64,000 nucleotides of DNA from Rhodothermales bacterium (GCA_963740755.1 CAVUFJ010000002.1:3383-67382); one strand, 5' to 3'. Positions 41,130-51,705 are shown, numbered from the stretch's first letter. Notes: a model not told the origin generated them from the sequence alone. Program-made: numbers and translations.

Positions 41130-44100
41130 ATGACGCCCGTCGAGCTGCGCCTCCAGAACTTCCTCTCCTACGGCGAGGCGGCGCCCGTGCTCGACTTCGA
41201 AGCATTCTCCGTGGCCTGCATCTCGGGCGGCAACGGGCAGGGCAAATCGAGCTTGCTCGAGGCGATCACGTGGGCGCTGTGGGGGCAGGCGCGCAAGGGC
41301 GCGAGCGCCACCAAGCCCGACGCCGACCTCATCCGCAAAGGCACGCAGCGGATGCTGGTTGAGTTCACGTTCGACCACGAGGGCGAGCGCTACCGCGTGC
41401 GCCGCGCCTACAACGTGTCCGGCAGCGGCAAGACCTCGCGCCCGGAGCTCGAACTGCTCGTGCGCGACGAGGCCACGTACCGCCCGCTCACGGGCCCGAG
41501 CGTGTCGGAGACGCAGAAGACCCTCGACCGCCTGCTGCGCCTCGACTTCGACACGTTCGTCAACGCCTCGTTTCTCATCCAGGGCCGCTCAGACGAGTTC
41601 ACGCGCAAAAAGGCGACCGAGCGCAAGGAGGTGCTCGCGCGCATCCTCGACCTCGGGCGCTATGAAGTGCTCGAAGAGCGCGCACGCGTCCGCGAGGGCG
41701 CTGCCAAAGCCGCCTACGACCTCGCCGAGCGCGACCTCGCCCGCATCGGGGCCGACCTCGCCACGCGCGCGGACGTGGAGGCGGGGCTCGCCACCGCGCG
41801 CGAGGCCGAAGCCGTCGCCCGCGCCACGCGTGAGGCCGAGGAAAGCCGCTGCCAGGTCGCCCGCCGCGCGCTCGACGCCCTCACGGCCGAGGCGCAGCGC
41901 GCCGACGACCTCCGCGCCCGCCTCGCCCGCCTCGACGCCGAGCGGGTCCGCACCGAGGCCGAGCGTGCCCAGGTGGACGCGCGCATCGCCGCCGCGGAGG
42001 CGCTCCTCGAACGCCGCGGCGAACTCGAAGCGGCCCGGGCGCGCTACGACGCCCTCGACGCCGAGCGGCGCACACTCGCCGAGCAGAGCGCCCAGCACCT
42101 CGGTCTGAAGCAGCAGGAACTCGCCCTCGACGCCGACCTCCAGCGCCGCACCGCCGAGCACGACCGCCAGCGCACGCGGCTGGAGGCCGAGCGGAGCACC
42201 GAGGCCCAGCGCCTCGCCGACCTCGACGCCGCGCGCGCCACGCGTCCGGCGCTGCTTGCCGAGCGCGCCGCCGCCCGCACCGCCGGGCACGACTTTGCCG
42301 CCCTCGACGCCACGCGCACGCGCCTGCGCGTTCTCCACGACGAGCAGCGCAGCCTCCAGGCCGACCTCGACAGCGCCCGCCGCGCCCTCGACGCCGAACG
42401 CGCCCGCGCCGAACGCCTCGCCGAAGAGGCCGCCGCCCGTGCCGCGCGCCGCCGCCGGGTGGACGCCGAGGCCGACGCCCTCCGCGACCGCGCCCAGCAG
42501 GCCGACGCCGCCCGCCAGCACCTAGCCCTGCTCCATACGCAGGGCCTGGAGCAGGGCGACCTCGTGCGCCGCCTCAAGCTCGACGCCGAGCACGCCCAGG
42601 CGGCGCTCGACACGCTCCGCACGCGCCTTGACCGGCTCGAAACCGCCGAGGCCGGCGCGTGCCCCGTGTGCGGCACCGACCTGACGCCCGACCACCGCGC
42701 CCACGCCGCCGCCGATCTGCAGGCACAGGGGGCCGAGGCGGAGGCAGAGCTGCGCGAGCGGGCGCGCACGATTGACGCCGAGGAGCGGACGCTCGGCCGC
42801 CTCCGCGCAGACTATACCGCCCAGCGCAGCGTGAGCGCCGAGCGGGCAAACGACGAGGAAGCCTTCCAGCGCCTCAACCGCGAACTCCGCGACACCGAAG
42901 GCGCCGAGGCCGAAGCGCAGGCCGCCGCGCACGCCGCCGAGACGCTCCGCGCCCGCCTCCGCGCCGGCGACGTGGCGCCGGACGTGCGCGCCCGCCTCGC
43001 GGAGATCGCCGCCGACCTCGCCGTCTCGTCTTTCGACGCCGCCCGCTACGAAGCCCTCCGCGCCGATGCCGCCCGCCTCGACGCGCTCGACCACCGGATC
43101 GCCGACCTCGACCGCCGCCTCGCCGAAACGGACGAACTGCGCGGCCGCCTCCAGCGCCTCGACGCCCGCCTCGACGACCTCCGCCGGCAGCACGACGACG
43201 GGCGCCTCTTCGGCGATGTACTCGCCCGCCGCGACCGCATCCGCGCCCGCCTCGACGCCCTCGGCTTCGACGGCGCCCGCTTCGAGGCGGTAGAGGCCGA
43301 GCACGCCCGCCTCCGCGACGTGCCGGAGCAGGTGGCCGCGCTCCTGGCCGCCCGCGAGCAGCGCGCCGACCACCTCGCCCGCCGCGCCGCGCTCACCGAA
43401 GCGCTCGCCCGCCACGCGTCCGAGGCCGATGCACTTGCCCGCGACCTCTCCGCCCTCGACGCCCTCGCCGTGCGCCGCGCCGAGGCCCGCACCCACCTCG
43501 ACGCCGCCGAGGCCGACCTGGCCCGCGCCACCGCCGTGCATGAAGGTGCCCGCGACGAGGTGGCCCGCCTCGGCCTCCGGGCGCAGCAACTCGCCGCCCT
43601 CGCCGCGCACGCCGCCGACGCCGAGGCCGAAGCCCTCCGCGCCCGCGACGAGGCCGCGCTCTACCGCCACCTCCGCACCGCGTTCTCGTCCCGGGGCATC
43701 CCGAGCCTCATCATCGAGGAGACGCTGCCCGAGATCGAGGAGATGGCCAACGACCTGCTCGGGCGCCTCACGGATGGGCGGATGCACCTCCAGCTGCGCA
43801 CGCTGCGCGACAAAAAGACGGGCGGCACCGCCGAAACGCTCGACATCGTCCTCTCCGACGAAAGCGGCGGCGAGCGGCCCTACGAGACGTTCTCGGGCGG
43901 CGAGGCCTTCCGGGTCAACTTCGCGCTCCGCGTGGCGCTCTCGCAGCTGCTCGCCCGCCGCAGCGGCGTGGCCGTGCGGACGCTCGTGATCGACGAGGGC
44001 TTCGGCACGCAGGACGTACAGGGCCTCCAAGCGCTCGTCGAAGCCATCCGCCACGTCCAGGACCACTTCGACAAGATCCTCGTCGTGACCCACCTCGACG

Positions 44101-44183
44101 AGCTGAAGGAAGCCTTCCCGGTGCGCATCGAGGTGCGCAAAGACCCCACACTCGGCTCGACGTTCGAGGTGATCGGGGTGTGA
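41130..44183 (+). CDS. sbcC: SbcC/Rad50-family DNA repair ATPase (1017 aa)
   Basis: LRLQNFLSYGE...ISGGNGQGKSSLLEAITWALWG (Walker A). A long Ala/Glu/Arg coiled coil with the zinc hook CPVCGTDL. FSGGEAFRVNFALRVAL (signature motif). LVIDEGFGTQD (Walker B). The frame is intact. Confidence 0.9.
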   Translation: MTPVELRLQNFLSYGEAAPVLDFEAFSVACISGGNGQGKSSLLEAITWALWGQARKGASATKPDADLIRKGTQRMLVEFTFDHEGERYRVRRAYNVSGSGKTSRPELELLVRDEATYRPLTGPSVSETQKTLDRLLRLDFDTFVNASFLIQGRSDEFTRKKATERKEVLARILDLGRYEVLEERARVREGAAKAAYDLAERDLARIGADLATRADVEAGLATAREAEAVARATREAEESRCQVARRALDALTAEAQRADDLRARLARLDAERVRTEAERAQVDARIAAAEALLERRGELEAARARYDALDAERRTLAEQSAQHLGLKQQELALDADLQRRTAEHDRQRTRLEAERSTEAQRLADLDAARATRPALLAERAAARTAGHDFAALDATRTRLRVLHDEQRSLQADLDSARRALDAERARAERLAEEAAARAARRRRVDAEADALRDRAQQADAARQHLALLHTQGLEQGDLVRRLKLDAEHAQAALDTLRTRLDRLETAEAGACPVCGTDLTPDHRAHAAADLQAQGAEAEAELRERARTIDAEERTLGRLRADYTAQRSVSAERANDEEAFQRLNRELRDTEGAEAEAQAAAHAAETLRARLRAGDVAPDVRARLAEIAADLAVSSFDAARYEALRADAARLDALDHRIADLDRRLAETDELRGRLQRLDARLDDLRRQHDDGRLFGDVLARRDRIRARLDALGFDGARFEAVEAEHARLRDVPEQVAALLAAREQRADHLARRAALTEALARHASEADALARDLSALDALAVRRAEARTHLDAAEADLARATAVHEGARDEVARLGLRAQQLAALAAHAADAEAEALRARDEAALYRHLRTAFSSRGIPSLIIEETLPEIEEMANDLLGRLTDGRMHLQLRTLRDKKTGGTAETLDIVLSDESGGERPYETFSGGEAFRVNFALRVALSQLLARRSGVAVRTLVIDEGFGTQDVQGLQALVEAIRHVQDHFDKILVVTHLDELKEAFPVRIEVRKDPTLGSTFEVIGV

Positions 44184-44187
44184 AGTG

Positions 44188-44264
44188 GTGATCCTAGATC
44201 ATGGATGATGGATCATGGTCCGAGGGGCGCTCTGGCCATGATCCATCTCCAACATCCGTGATCC
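44188..44264. repeat. GATC-rich palindromic intergenic repeat, copy A
   Basis: gGTGATCctaGATCATGGATGATGGATCATGGtc..ctctgGCCATGATCCatctccaacatccGTGATCC. The 22-mer GATCATGGATGATGGATCATGG is identical to 51622-51643. The inverted arms are GGATCATGG/CCATGATCC. It lies between the convergent sbcC and EamA genes. Confidence 0.75.
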
Positions 44265-44267
44265 AAG

Positions 44268-45206
44268 TCACGCCTCAGCTTCGGCCCCGGCGCGCACGGG
44301 CAGGGGCATTTGCAGGCCGCGCCGCATCCAGACGAGGCCGCCGAGCAGCAGGAGCCCCCCGAATACGTGGGGACGCGTGATGGGCTCGCCGATGAGGAAG
44401 TAGGCCGTCACCGCCGTGATGAGGGGGGTCAGGTAGGAGAACGCCGCTGTGGTGGAGGGGCCAACGTGCCCGATGGCGGCGTTCCAGACGGCGAACGTGA
44501 GCCCGACCGAGAGCGATCCGGAGAAGAAGAGCGTCGCCCACGTCACGCGCGAGATCTCGCCGAGCGGGTGCCAGCCCGGCTGGAACGCGGCGACGAGGTA
44601 CAGGCAGGGCAGGGCGACGAGCATCCCCACGAACGCGCCCGTGCCCGGCGGCACCAGCTTTTTGAGCCGTCCGCTGAGCGCTGTGTACACCGACCAGGCC
44701 ACCGAGGCGAACAGCAGCACGACGTTGCCGAGCGCCGAATCCGTGCCGGCGGACTCCTTCGCGGTGGCCACGAGGGCCGTGCCGGCGAGGGCCACGACGA
44801 GGCCCACCCAGCCCGCCGCGCGGAGCTTTTGCAGGCCGAGCGTGTGGGCGATCACGGCCGTCCACAGCGGCGAGGTGGCCATGAGCAGCGCCGCGCTCGC
44901 CGACGACGTGTGCTTGACGCCGTAGATGAAGCCTTCCTGGTAGAGAAAGTAGCCCACGAAGCCGAGCCCCGCGAGCGGCAGTCCGTACAGCCGGACCACC
45001 TCGGTGAAGGACCGCTCCGCCCGGCGCAGTTCTCGCAGCGCGAAGATGCCGAGGGCGATGGTGCCGAAGGTGTAGCGGATCGCGTTGGTCTGCGACGTCG
45101 AGACCTCGCGGAGGGCGATCTTGAGGAAGGGCACATTGGCGCCCCAGATGACGACCGTGGCGAGGAGCGCCAGTTCGTAGCGGTACCGGCGGAAGAGGGC
45201 AATCAC
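44268..45206 (-). CDS. EamA/DMT-family transporter
   Basis: Intact ORF with 10 TM segments and a duplicated EamA-like layout. Confidence 0.8.
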   Translation of the reverse strand: MIALFRRYRYELALLATVVIWGANVPFLKIALREVSTSQTNAIRYTFGTIALGIFALRELRRAERSFTEVVRLYGLPLAGLGFVGYFLYQEGFIYGVKHTSSASAALLMATSPLWTAVIAHTLGLQKLRAAGWVGLVVALAGTALVATAKESAGTDSALGNVVLLFASVAWSVYTALSGRLKKLVPPGTGAFVGMLVALPCLYLVAAFQPGWHPLGEISRVTWATLFFSGSLSVGLTFAVWNAAIGHVGPSTTAAFSYLTPLITAVTAYFLIGEPITRPHVFGGLLLLGGLVWMRRGLQMPLPVRAGAEAEA

Positions 45207-45321
45207 AGAGAGGGGGACAAAGTGGTCGGACGCGCGGCGCGGCGGTGCGTTCTTGGCGAGGCGGGGACGCGGCGTAGATTCCGGCGTAGTTCACGCGCGT
45301 CTGCCCTCCCGCCGCCTGCTT

Positions 45322-45645
45322 ATGTCCGCGCCCGCGATCCCGAAGCTCTATTACAGCATCGCCGAGGTGAGCGCGCTCACGGGCGTCGAGGCGCACGTGC
45401 TGCGGTACTGGGAGACCGAGTTCGACGTGCTGCGCCCGCGCAAGAACCGCTCGGGCCACCGCATCTACACCGACGCCGACATTGTGGTCGTGCGGCGGAT
45501 CGCGCGCCTGATGCACGCCGAGAAGTACACCCTCGAAGGCGCCCGCCAGCGCCTGGCCAGAGACGCGTCCGAAGGAGACCGGCGCGGGCACCTCAGCGAC
45601 CTACGAAGCTTTCTCGTGGGCCTGCGCGACCGCCTCGGCGAGTAA
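45322..45645 (+). CDS. MerR-family transcriptional regulator
   Basis: YYSIAEVSALTGVEAHVLRYWETEFDVLRPRKNRSGHRIYTDADI (MerR HTH). Confidence 0.85.
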   Translation: MSAPAIPKLYYSIAEVSALTGVEAHVLRYWETEFDVLRPRKNRSGHRIYTDADIVVVRRIARLMHAEKYTLEGARQRLARDASEGDRRGHLSDLRSFLVGLRDRLGE

Positions 45646-45875
45646 CGGGGCGGCAAGCCGCTTCCAAACGGGTCAGCACCCCCGCCATCCGCCCACCTGC
45701 AGCAACAAGACGGTTGTGCTGCGTCTTGGCCTCCACGCCTCCCGTACGTCGAGGTGCGTCCTGCAAAACCTCCGCTTGCCCACGATCTGCGGATATGCGG
45801 CACGACGCCACAGATCCGCGGATCGCCCGCACGAGGCCGCGCGCAACTGAAGAGGGGAGTCCGAATAACGCCCTC

Positions 45876-45904
45876 TTGACACCGCACACCTGCAGCACGA
45901 TATT
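45876..45904 (+). promoter_or_regulatory. Candidate sigma70-type promoter upstream of the Shedu-like gene
   Basis: TTGACA (45876-45881), a 17-nt spacer, then GATATT (45899-45904), about 64 nt upstream of the ATG at 45968. This is a sequence match only. Confidence 0.3.
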
Positions 45905-45967
45905 GCCTGATACGCCGCATGACGCGGCATATTCACTGGTTATACCGCCTTCTGAGCCTGCTATCCT

Positions 45968-47082
45968 ATGTCCGAACAGCATCAGAAGGACGCACAGCCG
46001 CGAACAGCCTTTCCGATACGAGCGACAAAGCCAAATAAGGAATCCAAGCCAGACCTTGAAAAGGTCAGTTCAGTAGTCCTATGTGAGGGGCCTCGTTCGA
46101 AGAAAGAGGCCATCTATCTCGTCGTTCGGAGTCGCCATACTGGTGAGATTAAGCACGATTCAATTACCATTAAATCATTTGGCCGGAAGTCTGGTGAGCT
46201 ATATGAGAAGCCGGAGCATTCAGTTACCCTCTCAAGCGAAAAGACTGACGAGATACGAAAGCTAGTTGATTTTACACTGGCATCACGATCCGGCTCGGTC
46301 CCAAATGAATCGGGGGATTTTGTAGTCATAGGAACCTCTGACGGCGTCAGCAAAGACTCTTTGGTTAGGTTTCTAAGTGATTTGTCTGCGTCTGGCAAGA
46401 TTGAAGTGCTGGCCGATGTTTTGGGGCAGATCAGTTACGACCGGCATCTACTCACATCACTCCTTGAACGTGCTGCCCAAAACCCCAAACTTTTTGCTGA
46501 AGCTGCCGCCGCCCTGAATCTAGTAACGTACAAGCAGTCCTTCGATGAGCTCGAACGTCTGGTTGCAAAGGCAAATGTGCAAGAGAGTGAACTACAAACC
46601 CTGCTTAAGGACAATCCGTGGATGTTTAGGAGCAGCTCATAAGCTATCTTCCAAGCAGAAAGCTGACTCGGGATGAGGAGCAGGATTTCATCTTGCGTAC
46701 GACCACAGACGGATACATTGAGATCGTAGAGATCAAAACACCCCTCAACGGCCAAAAGCTTTTCAACTACGACGCTTCTCACGACAGCTATTATCCGGGC
46801 GCTTCACTCGCAAAGGTTATGGGCCAAGTTCAGCACTACTTGGATCTCATTGATGCAGATAGATATGCCATACAATCCAAGGATCAAGAGGACACTTTTC
46901 AAGACGCGGGCCAAGATAATTATAGGCCGCAGTGGAGACGACAAGCAATTGAAAGCAATTCGGTCGCTCAACGGCCACCTGATGAGGATCGAGATCCTCA
47001 CCTCGATCAACTGGTTCAAATAGCCCGGAACACCCTGAATTATCTCTACGCCTCGTTGCGTCCTGCAACTCCGGCGGTCTAA
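45968..47082 (+). CDS. Shedu-like (DUF4263, SduA-type) PD-(D/E)xK nuclease defence protein; 3 frameshifts in this assembly
   Basis: ORF 45968..46642 ends ...ESELQTLLKDNPWMF. After a shift near 46628 it reads EQLISYLPSRKLTRDEEQDFILRTTTDGYIEIVEIKTP...MGQVQHYLD (frame of ORF 46693..47082). After a shift near 46895 it reads LFKTRAKIIIGRSGDDKQLKAIRSLNGHLMRIEILT. Restoring one base at 47003/47004 gives ILTYDQLVQIARNTLNYL... Confidence 0.65.
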
Positions 47083-47199
47083 CCCATCGCTTCAGCAGAC
47101 AGCGGGCGTTAGCGCCTCCGGCCTCGCCCCCACTCCACCGCTCCACTCGCCCCGTTTCAGCCATCGTGGCGTTTGCCCGCTGCGGCTGAGCTTTGTCTG

Positions 47200-48356
47200 T
47201 TATTCGGACGCTGGAAGCCCGGTCTCCGTGTCGAGGCGCAGCGAAAGATCGCCGCGGAGGAGGCGGACGAGGTCGTCGCCGATGAAGGTGCGGCGCCAGC
47301 CGGTGAGCAGGCGGTGGGCGTCGGGGGCCGTGTCGGCGCCGCTGGCGCCGAGGGCGAGCACGTCGGCGCGGTTGGCCACGAGCGCCGGATCTACGCCTTC
47401 GGCGAGGCCGCGGCCCTTGATGAAGGCGAGCATGAGGTCCACCCGCGCGCTGAGCGTGTCGTCTTCGGCGGGGGCGTCGGCAGAGCGCAGGGCGGGTCCT
47501 GCAGGCCCGCCTCCACCGCCTCGGCGATGGCCTCTCGCGTGGCGGCGGGGATCGCGTCGAGGCGCAGCACGGCGTCCTCGGTGGTGGGCTTGCGCTGCGC
47601 GGCCATCACGAGCGCATCGTCCGGCACCACGTGGCCGCGTGGCAGGTCGAGGCGCTGCGCTTAGGCTCGCGCCACGCAGCGATGCGGAGCAGGATGGCGC
47701 GTTCCTTCGGGTGCAGGCGCATCTGGCCCTTGAGGCGCAGGTAGGCTTCGTCGGGCGTGCGCTCGGCCGGCGCGCGTCGGCGTCGAGAGGTCGAGCCTGC
47801 TCTTCGCGGAGCCACGCGAGCGCGCCCGCGCCTCGGTGATGCGCGCGTCGAGCACGGCGCGGCCTGGCGCGAGGTAGCGCACGTCGTCGTGGGCGTAGTC
47901 GATCTGCGCGTCGCTGAGCGGGCGGCGCAGCCAGTCGGTGCGGCTCTCGGTCTTGGCGAGGTGCACGCCGGACGGTGGCCGCGAGCAGGCGCTGCAGCGA
48001 GAGCTGCTCGGCGAGGCCGCGCAGACCTGCGGCGAGGCGCGTGTCGAACACGTTGGCGGCACGGGCCCCGGTGGCGCGGCGCAGGATGGCGAGGTCCTGC
48101 CCGGCGTCGTGGAGCACCTTCTCCACCGCGCGTCTTCGATCAGCGCGCCGAGGGGTGCGAGGTCGAGCGCGAGCGGGTCGAGCAGGAACGTCTGCCGCCT
48201 TCGGTAGCCGAGCTGCACGAGGCCGAGGCGCGGGTAGTACGTCCGCTCCCACACGAACTCGGTGTCTACCGCCACGCGGCGGCTCCGTGCGGAGGCGCGC
48301 GAACGAGCGCGGTCGAGGAAGCGTCGGGGGTCGGTGATCGAGCGGCGTCTCTGCAT
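47200..48356 (-). CDS. rnd: Ribonuclease D; at least 5 frameshifts
   Basis: VAVDTEFVWERTYYPRLGLVQLG (ORF 47661..48872 frame). VEKVLHDAGQDLAILRR...NVFDTRLAAG (ORF 47200..49275 frame). KTESRTDWLRRPLSDAQIDYAHDDVRYL. C-terminal HRDC-like part ...LLTGWRRTFIGDDLVRLLRGDLSLRLD. Confidence 0.8.
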
Positions 48357-49689
48357 CAGCCGCCTCCGAGCAGGATGCCGGCAATGGTGGCCGAGAGGGC
48401 GGTGGCGAGGCTGCCCGCGAGCACGCACTTGAGGCCGAGGCTCGGCAATCTCGCCGCGCCGCTCGGGCGCAAGCCCGCCGATGCCGCCGATCTGGATGGC
48501 GATGGACGAGAAGTTGGCGAAGCCGCAGAGCGCGTACGTCGCCATCGTCACCGAGCGGAGGCTCATCTGGTCCTTCATGCCGGCCAGGTCGAGGTAGGCC
48601 ACAAACTCGTTCACCGACACCTTCTGCCCGAGCAGGGAGCCGAAGAGCAGGATGTCCTTGCTCTCGATGCCGATGGCCCACGCAAACGGGGCAAACAGAA
48701 AGCCGAAGATGGACTGGAACGACAGGCCGGTGAAGCGCCCGCCGGAGGCGCTGGAGATGGCGCCGTTGAGGTCCCACAGGTAGTAGTCGCCAAAGGTCGG
48801 GTGGCCGAGCCAGCCGAGCAGGGCGTTGAGGAGCGCGATGAGCGCGATGAAGGCGAGCAGCATCGCGCCCACGTTGAGCGCCAGCTGAGCCCTCGGAGGC
48901 GCCGCCGGCCGCGGCCTCGATCACGTTCGAGGCCGCCTTCTCGCTCTCCAGCTTCGTTTGCCCGAGCGTGAGCGGCACGCCCGTCTCGGGGATCATCATC
49001 TTCGAGAGGAAGAGCGCCGCCGGGGCGTTCATGATCGACGCGGCGAGGAGGCTCTTGGCGAACTGCGCCTGCGCCGCCGGATCGTCGCCGCCAAGCAGCA
49101 CGATGTAGGAGGCGAGCACGCCGCCCGCGAGCGTGGCCATGCCGCCCACCATGAGCGCGAACAGCTCCGAGCGCGTCATCGTCTTCACGTAGGGCTTCAC
49201 CAGCAGCGGCGCCTCGGTCTGCCCGAGGAAGATGTTGCCCGCCGCGCTGAGGCTCTCGGCCCCCGAGAGGCGCATCGTGCTTCGCCATCACGAGGCCCCA
49301 CGCCGCGCACGATCATCTGCAGGATGCCCAGGTGGTAGAGCACGCTCGTGAGGGCGCCGAAGAAGATGATCGTCGGCAGCACCTGAAAGGCGAAGATGAA
49401 GCCCAGCCGAGCCGCGCCCGACGCCGCGCGCGAGGCCGCCCAAAGACGAAGGCCGCGCCTTCCTGCGTGAAGCCGATGAGGACGTGAAGCCGCGCCCGAT
49501 GGCCCCGAACAGGCGAGGCGCCGAAGCTCGTCTTGAGCACGAAGAGCGCGAAGACGAGCTGGAGCCGCGAGGCCCACGCCCACCGTGCGCCACGGAATGG
49601 CCTTGCGGTCGCTCGACAGCCGCGTAGGCGATGCCGAGGATGACGGCGATCCCGAGGAGGCCGCGCAGGAGGGCAACAGGAAAAGACAT
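48356..49689 (-). CDS. NupC/CNT-family concentrative nucleoside transporter; at least 6 frameshifts
   Basis: [22 protein letters not shown]... [53 protein letters not shown]...[43 protein letters not shown]. These pieces are scattered over ORFs 49197..49742, 47200..49275 and 47661..48872. The stop shares one nucleotide with the rnd ATG (TGATG). Confidence 0.8.
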
Positions 49690-49865
49690 GGCAGGCGATG
49701 AGAAGCGCCGAAGATAGGCGTCCCGGGCGGGCCACGCCCCACGTCGTGTCCGTATCACGTTCGATACAACGCCGACCCGCGCTGCAGGGGCGTGATCCTC
49801 CCCCAACCCTTCGCCCCGCGCCGAACCCCGACCGGCTATCTTGCCTGAAACCGCTCCGGCTGCCC

Positions 49866-51536
49866 ATGCCCGCCCTCGGCTCCCCGCTCCCCGCCACCGA
49901 CGTCCCCACCCGCCGCCGCGCCGACTACGACGCGCTGCTCGGAGGCCACCGAGGCCCGGCGGGCGCGGTCTACCAGGGCGGCGGCGCCAAGGCCATCGCG
50001 CGCGAGCACAGCCGGGGCAAGATGACCGCGCGCGAGCGCATCGCCGCCCTCTGCGACGCCGGGCACGCCGTTCTTCGAACTCGGCACGTTCGTGGGCTGG
50101 GAGCATGTACGAGGCCGAGGGCGGCTGCCCGGCGGGCGGCACCGTGATGGGCTTCTGCACGGTGAGCGGGCGCCGCGTGCTCGTGGTCGCCAACGACGCG
50201 ACCGTGAAGGCGGGGGCGTGGTTTCCGATCACGGCCAAGAAGAACCTCCGCGCGCAGGAGATCGCCCTCGAAAACCGCGTCCCGCTCGTCTACCTCGTGG
50301 ACAGCGCCGGGCGTGTTCCTGCCGATGCAGGACGAGATCTTCCCGGACAAGGAGCACTTCGGGCGCCTCTTCCGCAACAACGCGATCCTGTCGTCGCGCG
50401 GGATTCCGCAGATCGCCGCCATCATGGGCTCGTGCGTGGCGGGCGGCGCGTACCTGCCCATCATGTCCGACGAGGCGCTGATCGTCGAGGGCACGGGCTC
50501 GGTGTTTCTCGCCGGGCCGTTCCTCGTGCGCGCGGCCATCGGCGAGGTGACGGACAATGAGACGCTCGGCGGCGCCGCCACGCACCGCCGAGATCTCGGG
50601 CGTGACCGACTACAAGGTCAAGGACGACGCCGAGGCGCTCCAGCGCATCCGCGAACTCGTCTCGCACTTCCGCCCCAACCCGCCCGCGCTCTTCGCCCGC
50701 GACACGCCGCGCGCGCCCGCGTTCTCGCCGGACGAACTCACCGCCGTCGTGCCCACCACCGGCACCGTGCCCTACGACGTGCGCGAGGTCATCGCCCGGC
50801 TCGTGGACGCCGACTCGTGGACCGAGTACAAGGCCGACTACGGGCAGACGATCCTGTGCGGCTACGCCCGCCTCGACGGGTGGAGCGTGGGCATCGTGGC
50901 CAACCAGCGGAGCGTGGTCAAGGCGCGGCGCTCGGAAGGGCAGGAGCTGCAGGCGGGCGGCGTCATCTACTCGGACTCGGCGGACAAGGCCGCGCGTTTC
51001 ATCCTCAACTGCAACCAGAAGGGCGTGCCGCTCATCTTCCTGCAGGACGTGACGGGCTTCATGGTGGGCAAGCGCGCCGAGCACGGCGGCATCATCAAGG
51101 ACGGCGCCAAGATGGTCAACGCCGTGGCCAACTCGGTCGTGCCCAAGTTCACCGTCGTGATCGGCAACTCGTACGGCGCGGGCAACTACGCCATGTGCGG
51201 GCGCGCCTACGACCCGCGCCTGATGCTCGCGTGGCCGACGGCGCGCATCGCGGTGATGGGCGGCGCGCAGGCGGCCAAGACGCTCCTGCAGATCGAGCAG
51301 GCGAAGCTCAAAAAGCAGGGCAAGGAGATCTCGCCCGAGGAGGAGGCCGCGCATGCTCGCCGACATCCAGGCCCGCTTCGACCGCGCCACGACGCCCTAC
51401 TACGCCGCCGCGCGCCTGTGGGTGGACGAGATCATCGACCCGCGAAGACACCCGCGCCTGGCTCGCGGTCGGCCTCGAAGTGGCCGCCCTCAACCCGGAC
51501 GTGCCCCGCTTCAACCCCGGCGTGATCCAGACGTGA
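49866..51536 (+). CDS. Acyl-CoA carboxylase carboxyltransferase (beta) subunit, methylcrotonyl-/propionyl-CoA carboxylase family; at least 5 frameshifts
   Basis: [85 protein letters not shown]...[38 protein letters not shown]...[16 protein letters not shown]. These lie across ORFs 49841.., 50313.. and 50557... Confidence 0.85.
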
Positions 51537-51620
51537 GCCTGCTGCGCCGCCCGCACTTCGGCGGCGCAGCAGGCCCCGAGGGCTTTGTGTCAAGTCCGGC
51601 CGAAGGGTGGGAACGCCCGC

Positions 51621-51705
51621 CGGATCATGGATGATGGATCATGGCCAGAAGGCAACTCTGGACGTCTCTGACCATGATCGATGATCCGTGATCAACCCGG
51701 TGATC
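51621..51705. repeat. GATC-rich palindromic intergenic repeat, copy B
   Basis: GGATCATGGATGATGGATCATGGcc..ctctgg..CCATGATCgatGATCCGTGATCaacccgGTGATCC. It shares the 22-mer, CTCTGG, CCATGATC and ATCCGTGATC with copy A. Like copy A, it lies between convergent genes. Confidence 0.75.

Noticed and set aside
40277-41130. A hidden sbcD or Mre11 gene near sbcC
   Set aside because: The only ORF with support here is the minus-strand polyprenol-kinase-like membrane protein. No metallophosphoesterase motifs (DxH, GDxxDR, GNHD) appear in any frame that I read.
45646-45967. Integrase, tRNA or att-site signatures flanking the low-GC islet
   Set aside because: I compared the 45.65-45.97 kb and 47.08-47.2 kb flanks by eye. 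I found only trivial 6-mers in common and no recombinase ORF, so no mobile-element call is made.
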